Assembly: GCA_002269645.1 (NCBI GenBank)
Contig: NIVC01002670.1
Location: forward strand, 86,619 to 150,618
DNA from: Macrostomum lignano
Lineage: Eukaryota
Direction of reading: 5' to 3'
DNA length: 64,000 nucleotides
Both the position numbers and the translations under genes were made by a program. Shown piece by piece: positions 40,947 through 52,869 of the stretch. How positions within the stretch are numbered: the stretch's first letter is position 1; every line of letters starts with the position of its first letter. The notes beneath the pieces were generated by a model, which saw only the letters and a program-made list of their open reading frames with translations, ran no database searches and was not told where the DNA came from.

Positions 40947-41954
40947 GAACTAAAGAACAAAGAGCAACTGAAAAGGCCGACGAGTTACATCAACAATTTA
41001 CCTATATGTATACGTTTAGTTTCCTGTTTTTCATAAACTGTTGACTGTTTTCAGACTACTGTGTCATTCCCTCTTAGCAAGAATTTGTGTCTTGTGTCTT
41101 GCTAATGGCTGGAAGACTTATTGTCGATTTGTTGTCGAGAAAAATTTTGTTTTTCAGCACTTAACTGGCTATTTTCCCGAATCGCGAGGTTAGTGTTTTC
41201 TCCGAGGTTGTTTCAAATCGGTCTTCAATGAATTTTTTTTGAGATTTGCAAGTTGTAGCGTCCGACTTTGATTACAATGTTTTGATCTTTCCATTTTAGT
41301 TTCACTCGCAGTTTATCTCCCTGACTGTTGTGTTTAGTGTTGTGTCGGTAGTTGTGCTTTGCTTACTTTGCCCAGTTAGTCTCGACTAGCAGCTCTGTCT
41401 GCGACAGCAGCGCAGCAGCTGTTGCCACACTGCAAATAGCTCGTACTTGCTCTGGTTTGAGACGCACTGATAGACGTGAGCAACGCTGAAGCAGCAATGC
41501 AGACCTCACATTCGGCTGCCGGATTGCCGCCGTTCAACTCTGATAAGGAAGGGAGCTCAACAATTACCCTCGTAGCTAATTGAGTCTGATAGGTCTGACA
41601 GCAGGCCAGGAAACGCGACCGTCATGAATTCTGCTGGAACTGATAGATTTGGGCTCCGGCCGCACCCGACCTTTATAAAACGTCGTGTTTTCCCAAGTCA
41701 TCCAGCCCGTTCTTTTGCAGACGATGATTGCAAAACACCTGCGTAATGTTAAAGCTTCATCATATTAGATTGGCCGTGCTTTGATTGCCACTCTGTTTAC
41801 AGTATTTGCAGTACATTTTTCTGCGCAGAAATATACCAATTACGAGTAGTTAGAAAGCACGTGTTTGTTAGAAAAAAAGAAAATCTCGGCGAACTGTTCT
41901 CTTTTCGTAAATTTGAACACAATTAAAATTGATTAGCTGCAGAATTACTTCTTT

Positions 41955-44900
41955 CAACAACAACAACACAACAACAGATTACGCAGTTAGCGTCACAGGG
42001 CGCGCTTCAAGGCCAGGTCGCGTTCACGCCACCGGCTGAATCCGGGGCGCCGGCGTCAGCCAGCAGGCAGTCGACGAAACGCCGAGTGCGCGCCTGCCCC
42101 CGCAGCGTTAGCAGCAGCACCTCCTGCGGGGGCTTGTGAGCACCCTCCAAGAAGGAGCTAAAGGAGACATGGACAACCTCCAGCAGCTCCGGGGGCCCCT
42201 GGACCTAAACCCAAGTCTGGGAATGACTAATGGCTCACACCACCACCGACCACCCGGAGAGGACGAGCCAACCGTCACCGCAGGCAACCTGCACCGTGTC
42301 CTGCGGCTCCGCGGGGGCAGGAGTCCCGACAGTTGCCACGACAGCGGGCCACGACGGCGACGAAACCGTCGGAAACGCGATTTAACCCCCCAACCTAGCC
42401 AAGAGCTCTTGATTATGCAGTTTAACTGCAATGGCTTGCGCAGCCGTACTACGGAGCTGGCTAATCGGTTGGAGGCTGAACGCCCAGCCGTCGTTCTACT
42501 CCAAGAGACGAAGCTCCTACCTAAAGACGATTTCCGTGCACCTGCGGGCTACGTTGTGGCCGCCCGCTGTGATGGCGTCCCCAATGACAACGACCCGAAC
42601 ACACTCCCCCAGGATGCACAGAGGACGGGTGAACCTGCTCACCGGGGCCCCGGACCCCCCCCCCCCGGAAACAAGCACGTTGCAGGACCCGCCAGCCAGA
42701 TGATCAAGACGGATGTAAGTCTTGGAGAACCGCATGCACCAACCGGCAACTGGAAGACATACCGGAAGCAACCCCGCCTGGAAGCAGCTCTACCGCCCAA
42801 GCCGCGGCCACGACGGCACCTCCGACTGACCGGGCCCTCGGACCGACCTGTAGACGCCTTGCCCCGAACGACCGCACGAACTACTGTAGCGGATGCATCT
42901 CTCGCCGCAAGTGCCTACGTCGCAGCGCTGCATCTGCGCCAACCTCCTCGCAACAACAGTCCCAGCCCTCGGACCTCTCCAGCTCCGCTAATCCAAAAAA
43001 CTCTAAAAACATGACGGGGCGAGGAGGGACCATGGTCATGGCCTGCGAGGACCTCTGTTACTCCAAGCTCGACTGCGGCCCACCCAGCAGCGAAATGGAC
43101 GTCGCCGCCTGTAGGATTTGCCCCCTCAAACAGCCGGACTTGCTCGTCGCCTCGGTCTATATCCCGCCGGTTAGCGCTCAAAGACAGCAGAGCGACCGTG
43201 AATCGGGCTGCCCTCTGGACCGTATCCCTCACTCAGGACGGGCTGTCATCGGTGGCGATTTCAATGCTCATGGCGGCTGGGACCAGCATATGGAAGAGGA
43301 AAGCCGCGGACGCGCTGTCGAGGAATGGGCAGCGCGCTCCGGCCTCACGATCTGCAATGGCACGAACCACACCAGGACTAGCCCGGCCACAGGCAAGAGA
43401 AGCAGCCCCGATATCAGCTGCGCCTCTGGGGCCTTAGCGGAGACTGCCATCTCCAGCTGGAGAACCGGCCGTGACCACCTGCCCATCTTCTTCAGCATCC
43501 AGGGCCATCGCCCAACGCAGAACAAGAGAGGTCCAGCCCGCTGGAACTTCCGCAAGGCCGACTGGCGCACCTTCAGCGACCACCTGCAGCTCGCGTTGAG
43601 CACGCCCCAACTGGAAGCCAGCAGGACACTGGACCAACAGACCGCCGCACTCAATGAAGAGATCCTCAGGGCTGCACACCGTGCGATCCCGCGAGGCAGC
43701 AGAGCTGGCCGAAGAGCCCCTTTCTGAAACGAGAAATGTCAGCCAGCGTGCGACGCGGTGCAAGAAGCCAGGACCACGGCGGAGACCACAAAGACACCGG
43801 AAGCCATGGCCGCTTACAACAGAGCCAGACACCACACGACCAAAACCATCCGCACTGAACGCCGAGCCTGTCTGGAATCAAAGGCCAGCGAGCTTAATGT
43901 CAACAGCGACCTTTACGCCCTGCTCCGAAACCTCCGAGGGGAGTCAGCTAAGAAGCGAGATGCTGCTACTATCTATAGCAGCGCAAGCAAAGGGAGACCA
44001 GCACGTACCTGCCACTCCGACAAGGATAAGGCAGATCTTTTCTGCCAGCTGTACGCTGAAGTCTCCAGGGTGCCGCGTAGACCTATCCGCTACGAAGTCA
44101 AAGCCGGACTGCGGAACCAGACGGGGCACCTGGACGCATCGGAGGAGAACTTCTCGGTCTCCGAACTCCGAACTGCTCTGCGTAAACTTAAATCGGGCAA
44201 AGCCGCCGGAGCGGACGGAATCCACAACGAAATGCTCAAACACCTGCCACCGGCCGGCGACTCTGCGCTGCTAGAGCTCATCAATCGCAGCTGGAGAGAA
44301 GGTAAGACACCCAACGCCTGGCGAGGGGCAGTTATCATCCCGATCCCCAAAAAAAGGAAAAGACCCGGAACAGCCTAGCAGTTACCGCCCTGTCGCCCTG
44401 ACCAGCTGCGTGGCCAAGTGTGCGGAAAGGATGGTGCTGGCTAGACTTAACTGCTTCCTCGAAACTAACGGAAAGATCTCCGCTAGTCAAGACGGCTTTC
44501 GCAGGCACCGGAGCTGCGAAGAGCAGATCGGCCGCATCTGCCAAGATATCTTTGACGGACTCGAGGCTAGCCCGTCCCTGCGCAGCATCCTGGCTCTGCT
44601 CGATTTCAGCCGCGCCTATGACAGGGTGTGGCGCCGGGCTCTCTACGCCAAGCTCCTTAGAATGGGCGTAAGCCACCGCATGGTCCAGTGGATCAGGGGG
44701 TTCCTCTGTCAAAGACGCGCCCGAGTTCGCTGGAACGCCGCCCTCAGCCGCGAGAGAAGTTTCCGCGAAGGCCTCCCACAGGGCAGCGTCATCGCCCCGA
44801 CGCTGTGGAATGTGTACGTCAACGATCTGGTCGAAGCCCTTAATCAAGCTGCCCCGGGCATTGGCATTAGCCTCTACGCCGATGACAGCGCACTGTTGAG

Positions 44901-47050
44901 CACTGCCAACTCGCTCTACCGCTGTGCCGTCAATCTGCAACCGGCCCTGGATGCGGTACACACCTGGTGCGTCACCTGGAAGGTCGAAATGAGCCTAGCT
45001 AAGTGCTGCTACACCACCTTCACCCTCGCGCCAAGTGAATGCAATGGAAAAACGCGCCCAGATCTGAACATCGCGGGAGAGCCGCTGGCGTACGAGGCCC
45101 ACCCGACCTTCCTGGGGGTGACCCTCGACGGCCAGCTCACTTTTAATCAGCACGCCCGTGACATTTGCAAGCGCATGGCAGCCCGCAGAAGACCACTGGC
45201 GGCGCTTGCCACCAGATCGAATGGCGCAAGTTTCAAAGTTCTCCGAATGGCCTACATCTCTACGGTCCGGGCCGTAGCCGACTTCGCAGGTGGCGTCTGG
45301 GCGCCTTCGCGTCCCCGAGCACACGCCTCCTTGTGGAGCGCCAACAGAACTGCGCCGCCCGCATCATCACAGGGTGCATCCAGCCGACAAATATCAGAGC
45401 GCTCTTGGCCGCCGCCGACCTGCCGCCGCTCGGTCACCTGTTCCTGGAAAGAGCAGCGGTCCTCCGTGAAAGGGTCCTACGGCTCCAGCCAGACGTACCA
45501 GCGCACCAAACGGCACTCAGAACCTGCAGACCCCGACTAAAATCCCGAGCCCACGAAAGCTGGATCAGAGATCAGCAGCAGACACCGGAGCGGCCGATGC
45601 TGGTCAATGACTACAAGCGACCACACCGTGGCTGCTGGAGGCGCGCAGCACAAGAATTGACCGACGAACTGGACCTACATACGCGCGCGCCGTATACGGC
45701 GCCGGGTCCACCGTGGACCTTCACCGACAACGTCGTCTTCGACCTCAATCTGGCAGACGCCTGCAACCGCCGACTCCCCGACAGCATTCGGCGAACCCGT
45801 ACTCTCGAATATCTGGCTTCCAGACCTGTGCCGGACATCTAAATCTGGACTGATGGCAGCGCCACCGAAGGCCACAGAAATGGACGCGGAGCCGCGGTCA
45901 TCACGACTAGGCTCTGGGGACAGGTGCGCACTGCTGCGGCTGGAGCGATCTGCAGTAGCACCGCAGCGGAGTTGACTGCTATAGCCACCGGCCTTGCAAG
46001 CATCCGACACCTGGACACGACATCCTCACTGATAGCCAAGCGGCGCTCCTCACACTCATGCGCGGTCCTTGCGACCAGAGCGACCCGCGGGGCGCGGAGT
46101 GCTGGTCCCACCTCGGCGCGATGCAGCACCGCATCCGCCTCACCTGGGTGCCGGCCCACGTTGGGGTGGAAGGCAACGAAAGAGCGGATGCTGCTGCCAA
46201 CCGCGCCGTGAATCTCCGCCAAGAAGAACAGGCAATCCCACTTTGCACTGCCAAGGCGCTCATCCACAGAGCTAGGCGTCGCCTCGACCGTGACTTCTGG
46301 GGACGCAGCGCACCATGGACTCACCCCGACCGCATCAGCCGAGCGGAGGCAACGGCGGTCTACCAGCTCCGCGCAGGCTGCAGCACCGCCTGTGCCGCTA
46401 CCCGCCACCGCATCGGCATTGCTGACTCGCCGCGGTGTCCGGACTGCGGTGAGCCAGACACCGAGAGTCACCTGTTAGACGACTGCCCCCGCGGAGACCA
46501 CGCCCGCGCTGTCCACCCCCTCGACCTCAACGACGCGGGCGGGATCTGCCGCTTTCTCCGGGTGGTGGGCCGACCCCTCGGCCGGCCAAGCCCCCAGCCG
46601 CCTGCCGGCGGCGTCGAGGGCTCGGTGTAGAGAGAGAGAGAGCACCTCCTGCACCGGCTCTGGGCAGTACGACTCGGCGCGGAGTATGTGGCCTGCCAGT
46701 TGGAGTCGCCGACGGCGCAACAGGTCGCTTGGACGGACCAGGCCGGCGCGGTGATACAAAGCCGCGTTGGTCACTCGCTCGTAGCCGATCTTGAAGACGC
46801 CGCGTCAACTTATTGCTCGAGCGACTCCGTCAGCGTCCAGGTCTCGGCGTTGTACAACAGGACGGTCTCGATCAACGCCTGGAACAACGCCGCCCTCTGG
46901 CGGTCTCGGACTGCAGGACTGCCGTCACAGAACGAAAGATAGCCCAAGCAAGCCCGCGGCGACGCCGCAAATCCTCGCGTTCTTTCTTCTTTCGCATTCA
47001 GGCATCGGCGCTACCGCAGGAACAGAACGTCAGCTGGCTGGATCAGCCGG
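41955..47050 (-). mobile_element. 3' fragment of an RTE-like LINE, split by the Ingi-like insertion
   Basis: 46645-47050 reads LFQALIETVLLYNAETWTLT...RRRLQLAGHILRAESYCPEPVQEVL. It continues left of the insert (42127-41990) as QEVLLLTLRGQARTRRFVDCLLADAG. (TTG)n tail at 41955-41977. Confidence 0.8.
42128..46640 (+). mobile_element. Near-full-length Ingi/I-group non-LTR retrotransposon (APE-RT-RNase H-CCHC), disrupted by frameshifts and stops
   Basis: 12-bp TSD AGCACCTCCTGC at 42116-42127 and 46641-46652, and a (GA)n tail. APE: IMQFNCNG, LLQETKL, SVYIPP, GGDFNAH, SPDIS, DHLP. RT: SSYRPVALTS, QDGFR, LDFSRAYD, GLPQGSV, YADD, FLGVTLD. RNase H: IWTDGS, AELTAI, WVPAHVGVEGNERAD. C-terminal CPDCGEPDTESHLLDDC. 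Confidence 0.93.
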
Positions 47051-47324
47051 CTGAGGCAGCCAGTTCAATCAAGCTGTCACTCGAGTGCGGTCATGGATTC
47101 AATATATGGCTGCAATATCAATTATGCATTAGTGGGAACGCGTCATTAACATTTGGACAGGCTTAAGTCCTCGCTGGAACCGCTTCTGTACGCTATGTGA
47201 GGCACTACTTTTCGTTGATTCTGGACGAAACGAATGCAAGGCACATTCATGGGACAACTGTGAACTGAGCAAAAATTTTACGAATATCCATCAGCAGTCC
47301 TGCTCATGCCCGTACCGTGTAAAC

Positions 47325-47658
47325 CAGGGGTCGGCAAACTCCGGCCTCTCTATCCGGCCCTCGGGGTCCTTTGAAACTTCACAATGGCAGTCCGGCTCGC
47401 TCAAGGCTTGTGTCTCTTCTCAGTTCTCTCTCTCCTCTCCTCTCCTCTCCTCTCCTCTCCTCTCCTCTCCTCTCCTCTCCTCTCCTCTCCTCTCATCTCT
47501 CTCCTCTCTTCTATTCTCTTCTCTCATCGCATCTCTCATTTCACCTCTTTTCTTTCTCTCTCCTATATTCCCCCTCTCTCTCATTTGGAACGCAGCAATG
47601 TTCTACGAGCGTAGATTCTTGATCTGGCCCTTAAGGTAGAAAAGCTTTTCTACCCCTG
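47325..47658. mobile_element. hAT (Charlie-like) MITE with an internal (CTCTC)n tract
   Basis: Ends CAGGGGT... and ...TACCCCTG. Near-perfect 8-bp TSD GTGTAAAC (47317-47324) and GTGTAAAG (47659-47666). Confidence 0.75.
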
Positions 47659-48284
47659 GTGTAAAGGATTTCTGAAGAGTTCTTTAGCGATAGGAAATTT
47701 CAAAGTCTCTCAAGAGTCTCCCTAAAGTCTCACTAAAGCCGCTTATCAATTTCCTAAGTTATGGTGAAGTCCCAAGCTCAACAAGCTCTTAGCAAGCTGT
47801 TGAGTCAAGTAAATCCGGGTTGTCCTTTTAATCCGCACTCCTATCGCTGTGGTTTAGTCTGATAATTAAAAATGCGATCTTTCTATCGAAAGCCTGAAAG
47901 AAGTTAATGCCACAATCTACACTCACTGTACCGTTAAGGTTGGTAAGCCGGAACCGAACCAGGGGTTAAACGCGCGTTCACCTCTAGGTTTTTCTGCCAC
48001 TCTATAAATTGATTGTACACGCAGTTCGATAAAAACTATACATCTCATCGCTCAGGGTAACTATAGCAGCAGAAATTGGGGAGTTCTACAGATGCAACTA
48101 GCGGTATCTTTTGGAGGTTGCATAAGCGTGCACAAGCGTGCAGGCTCCGAGTTGTATCTAAGCGCGCAACAAGAAACAAAAGAGAACTCACACGAAAGTG
48201 CGCTGTTAGTGATTGGCACAAGGGCGCAGGCAATCGATAGCATTTCCAAGCGTTGTACATCATCACAAACCCTCCCTGATAGCG

Positions 48285-49160
48285 ATAGCAGCCAGTGGCG
48301 GCTCATCAAAGAACCCTGATAGCAGCCAGTGGCGGCTCATCAAAGAAGCCTGATAGCCGACAGTGGCGGCTCATCAAAGAACCCTGATAGCAGCCAGTGG
48401 CGGCTCATCAAAGAACCCTGATAGCCGACAGTGGCGGCTCATCAAAGAACCCTGATAGCCGACAGCGGCGGCTCATCAAAGAACCCTGATAGCCGACAGT
48501 GGCGGCTCATCAAAGAACCCTGATAGCCGACAGTGGCGGCTCATCAAAGAACCCTGATAGCGACAGTGGCGGCTCATCAAAGAACCCTGATAGCCGACAG
48601 TGGCGGCTCATCAAAGAACCCTGATAGCCGACAGTGGCGGCTCATCAAAGAACCCTGATAGCCGACAGTGGCGGCTCATCAAAGAACCCTGATAGCCGAC
48701 AGTGGCGGCTCATCAAAGAACCCTGATAGCCGACAGTGGCGGCTCATCAAAGAACCCTGATAGCCGACAGTGGCGGCTCATCAAAGAACCCTGATAGGAC
48801 AGTGGCGGCTCATCAAAGAACCCTGATAGCCGACAGTGGCGGCTCATCAAAGAACCCTGATAGCCGACAGTGGCGGCTCATCAAAGAACCCTGATAGCCG
48901 ACAGTGGCGGCTCATCAAAGAACCCTGATAGCCGACAGTGGCGGCTCATCAAAGAACCCTGATAGCCGACAGTGGCGGCTCATCAAAGAACCCTGATAGC
49001 CGACAGTGGCGGCTCATCAAAGAACCCTGATAGGACAGTGGCGGCTCATCAAAGAACCCTGATAGCCGACAGTGGCGGCTCATCAAAGAACCCTGATAGC
49101 CGACAGTGGCGGCTCATAAAAGTACCATGATAGCAGCCAGTGGCGGCTCATCAAAGAATC
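48285..49160. repeat. 34-bp minisatellite (GCCGACAGTGGCGGCTCATCAAAGAACCCTGATA), about 25 copies
   Basis: Period 34 (48424, 48458, ...). Confidence 0.95.
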
Positions 49161-50039
49161 TTAAATTTATTGTCAGCCAGCTGAAACAGATTCACAATCT
49201 GCTGATTAGGAATGAAGCAACAGCTGGCTTGACACAGACGCCGCTGTTAAGGGGCCTTATTAAGGTCTTCAATTGTACAGCATGAAGTACTCGTAGACTT
49301 ACTCGGAAGCCTACTTCAAGCGTAGAGATCGTCGCTTCTAGCAGCTTCCTGTGACACCTCACTGCCATGCTCGTATATTTCTAAACTGTATAGCATTAGG
49401 AGTTGTACGGACTTAATTAAGGTTGGGGCAGATGCGGCCTTAAAGATTGCCATAGCAGGCGGCACCGCGGGCGGCAATTTGTGCTGCTGCTGACCGGCTG
49501 TGCCCCGCTGTTTTGATGAAGCTAGATCTTAGAGCTCTTCAACAACGTTGCTACGGCAATTGCTGATGCGAAATGTCGACAGTTTTTATTGCTTACATTA
49601 TTAGCAACCCTGTTTAATCTCTGTAGAATTCGTATCATTGTCATTTCTCTTTTCCAACGGCAGTTTGCATCGATATGAACTTCTGATTTATGGATATGAA
49701 CACTCATCCGCTTAAACTGTTTTGTTATTTTTGTTGAGCCATGCGGAATCCGAGTCATTCCTATTCTGTGGGATTCAGCCAGCAGACTGTTTACCTGGGA
49801 GCCGCAGCACAAAACAAAAAACAGACAGACATTCAAGACCTGCTTTGCCATTCATTGCCCAGTACCGCAGTTGCACTCTTGCAGTGCTGAGTAGCTTGGA
49901 TTTATTGGGAATTTAATGCATTCTCTTCTGCTTCCTCAAAGTAACCAATACTCGAATTACTAAAATGCCTCATCATTCTAAGCCAGGTTAGAGCAACCAA
50001 TCAATTAGTAACGTGCTGTGAGCGAGTAAGTGAATTGAT

Positions 50040-50560
50040 CAGTTCCTGATTTCATGAGTGACTGCATGAGTTGATGAGCAAGCTTGAGTTTGAGTTCATG
50101 TGTTAATGAGTGAGCTCGTGAGTGGGCTCATGAGCGGGTTCATAGGTGATTTTATGAGTGAGTTCATGAGTTTATGAGCGATGTTTTAGTTCATGAGTAA
50201 GTTTATGAGCAAGTTCATGAGTGGTTTATGAGTGAGTTCATGGGTGAGTTCATGAATTCATGAGTGAGTTAATTTGTGGGTTGAGGAGTGCATTCATGAG
50301 CTTCTGTAGTGAGTTTATGAGTGAGTTTATGAGTGAGTTTATGAGTGAGCTTATGAGTGAGTTCACAAGTTAATGAGTTTATGAATGATTTTTAGTTCAT
50401 AAGAGGATTAATAATTTGGTTCATGAATGGGGTTATGAATGTGTTCGTGAGAGAGGTCGAGAGTGATTTCATGAGTTTATGAGTGATTTTTTATTTCATG
50501 AGTGAGTTCATGAGGGAGATCCTGATTTCAGGAGTGACTGAATGAGTTCATAGGATAGTT
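50040..50560. repeat. Degenerate TGAGTTCATGAG-type simple repeat
   Basis: Direct observation. Confidence 0.8.
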
Positions 50561-51919
50561 CTTTAACTCATATGAGTTTGAGTGTTAACCCCACTGAGAG
50601 AGTGATTGCACTAAAACAGACTAGCCAAGCAAGTGGAAATATAAAAGTAACGGAGTAGAAAGTGTGTAGGCAATAAAAAAGAGAAGAGAAATTGCCGAGA
50701 ATCGCGGGGTCAGTACCTGGAGTGCATACATGAACAGCTGCTTGCAAAGAGCGGCCATACGCACTGCCCCAGCCCACGCAAGTATTGACCGCACTGCCAA
50801 TTTTTCAAACCCGTCCCACTCTGTACGCAGCTGGTAGCGCTCGGGCTGGCACATTTGGGGGTCTCACCCAGCCAGTGTGTACACAGCTGGTGTGCAATGC
50901 AGTGTACACGCCTGGCTGTACTGTCGCCCACGTATTCACTGAAACAGGCAGTGTATAATACGCAGGCATGCAGCTAGAATAACCGATGCTAGCCACATGC
51001 TGCATGTAGAAATAATCGGCACGCTTGTGAAATCCAATCTTTGCAAAGTCATCTGCGATTTTGAGGAGATATAAGCGGCGGATTCTGGATTTTTTAGCCT
51101 CAGGTGAGTTGGGGACCATAACCGGAATCAACTAAAAACGTAGCTCGCACATCGCATTTCAAATCTGTGAAAAAAAGATTAGCTACGCAGCTGTTTCTGG
51201 CGTGTGTTGTTGTTTTTGCTTTTTCTCTTGCTAATCCAGTGGTTATCGGTAGCGGGCGCATTGCGTGATCCAGTCCCGCGGTCATGTGATAGCCGCATTA
51301 ATTCTAATCAAAAATGATACAGTGGACCAAAGCAGACTGTTGAGAATACGCACTGAAAGTTTTTTATGGTAATTTTTACCAATATTGATGGGCTGCAGAG
51401 GGCAGAAACGAGCTGTAACGCCGAGGCGCGTAGCACCGAGGAGTGTTCGCTCGTTTCTGCCCGATGCGGCCCATCCATATTAGTGTTATAGTTAGCGGGC
51501 GTGAAACCGCCTTTCACGGGCCGCTGAGACTTTCTATGGTAAAATCCTATTTACTCCAATGCATTCAGTCGGTTTCACGGCCCGCTGAAAATGTCTATTG
51601 CAAAGTCAGAAGAAAGCGGGGTCAAGGGGGCGCTGAGCCCCCTTGCGGGGGTGTGGGGGCGGAGCCCCCACATTATCACACCAGCACACAAGATGAAGAA
51701 AGAAATAATGAAATCTAAAAAATGTCTATTGCCAAAACTCCTTATTTTGCGAATTGAAAAAAATAGTAACAGATACTAAGAATTATTAAGCAGCACTAAG
51801 CTTTACTTTTAAAATATACAAGCTTCTGCTCGGATTACAGTGGACAGAAGTAAATCATTCGTATTTTTTTCTGAATCTTTAGAAGGCACCTTTAGCCCGT
51901 GGCTTCAACATACACAACA

Positions 51920-52260
51920 GTTCCAGTCTATGGCTTCAATATAGTCACAAACCATTTAGTCTATGGCCTCAATATAGTCACAAACCATTTAGTCTATGGC
52001 TTTACGACGTAATATAGTCACAAACAGTTTAGTCTATGGCTTCGATGTAGTCACAAACTGTTTACTTTATGGCTTTGATATAGTCACACAGTTTAGTCTA
52101 TGGCTTCAGTATAGTCACACAGTTTAGTCTATGGCTTCAATATAGTCACACAGTATTCTATGGCTTCGATATAGTCACACAGTTTAGTCAATGGCTTCGA
52201 TATAATCACACAGTTTAGTCTATGGCTTCAATATAGTCACACGGTTTAGTTTATGGCTTA
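51920..52260. repeat. About 31-33-bp degenerate minisatellite (TTTAGTCTATGGCTTCAATATAGTCACACAG)
   Basis: Direct periodicity. Confidence 0.85.
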
Positions 52261-52869
52261 TGTATTGTTAAAATGAGTCTAAAAGACTAATCGAGTGTCG
52301 AGTCCAAAAGCAACCGGAAATTCAGTCGATAATCAACTTCCTTCGATTCAAAAGTAGCAGTACTTCTCCTTTTAGCCTAAAAATCACAAAAAGATAGTAT
52401 GCTCGGGTATACGATAGAGAAGCGAAGGACTCTTTAGTTCCCTTAATAAATCATAGACATAAAGACTCCCCGGTATGGGAAGCTCAAAAAATCCCTTGAG
52501 AATGTCAAAAAAGCTCGGGACGAGTCGAAGGAGTGCCTCCCTGCCAAAACCTCCTGGGACTGCACATACAGCAAAACCCCCGCCTCTGGGTCAGGCCCCG
52601 AGGGGCGGCTCTTCTTCAGTTCATTTCTGACAGAAGCCTGACCTAAAAAAGGACAAAAATACATATTTTAATGTTTAAAATCGCAAATAGCCCATGTTTC
52701 ACATCCACATAAACAAAAAATATCTGAATTTATAATGTTCGGGCAGCTTGAAACTGCGCAGAAATAAATACATAGCAAATAAGAGTAAATTCCAGAAAAT
52801 GTAAGCCCTTTTTGGTCGCTAAGCCACTGCTGTCTGATGTAGTCAGCCAAGGATACGCTCGTAGAACTC

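Noticed and set aside
42154-42218. Possible HDV-like ribozyme at the 5' end of the Ingi-like element
   Set aside because: P1 (GGAGCT/AGCTCC), the following GG, a CCAA linker and a 4-bp P2 (AGAC/GTCT) occur in the right order. P3/L3 cannot be formed canonically and P2 is too short. A covariance-model search on the family consensus would be needed.
51490-51680. Short inverted repeat (CGGGCGTGAAACCG / CGGTTTCACGGCCCG) and GGGGGCGGAGCCCC motif
   Set aside because: Probably a fragment of an unclassified repeat; no boundaries or TSD could be defined.
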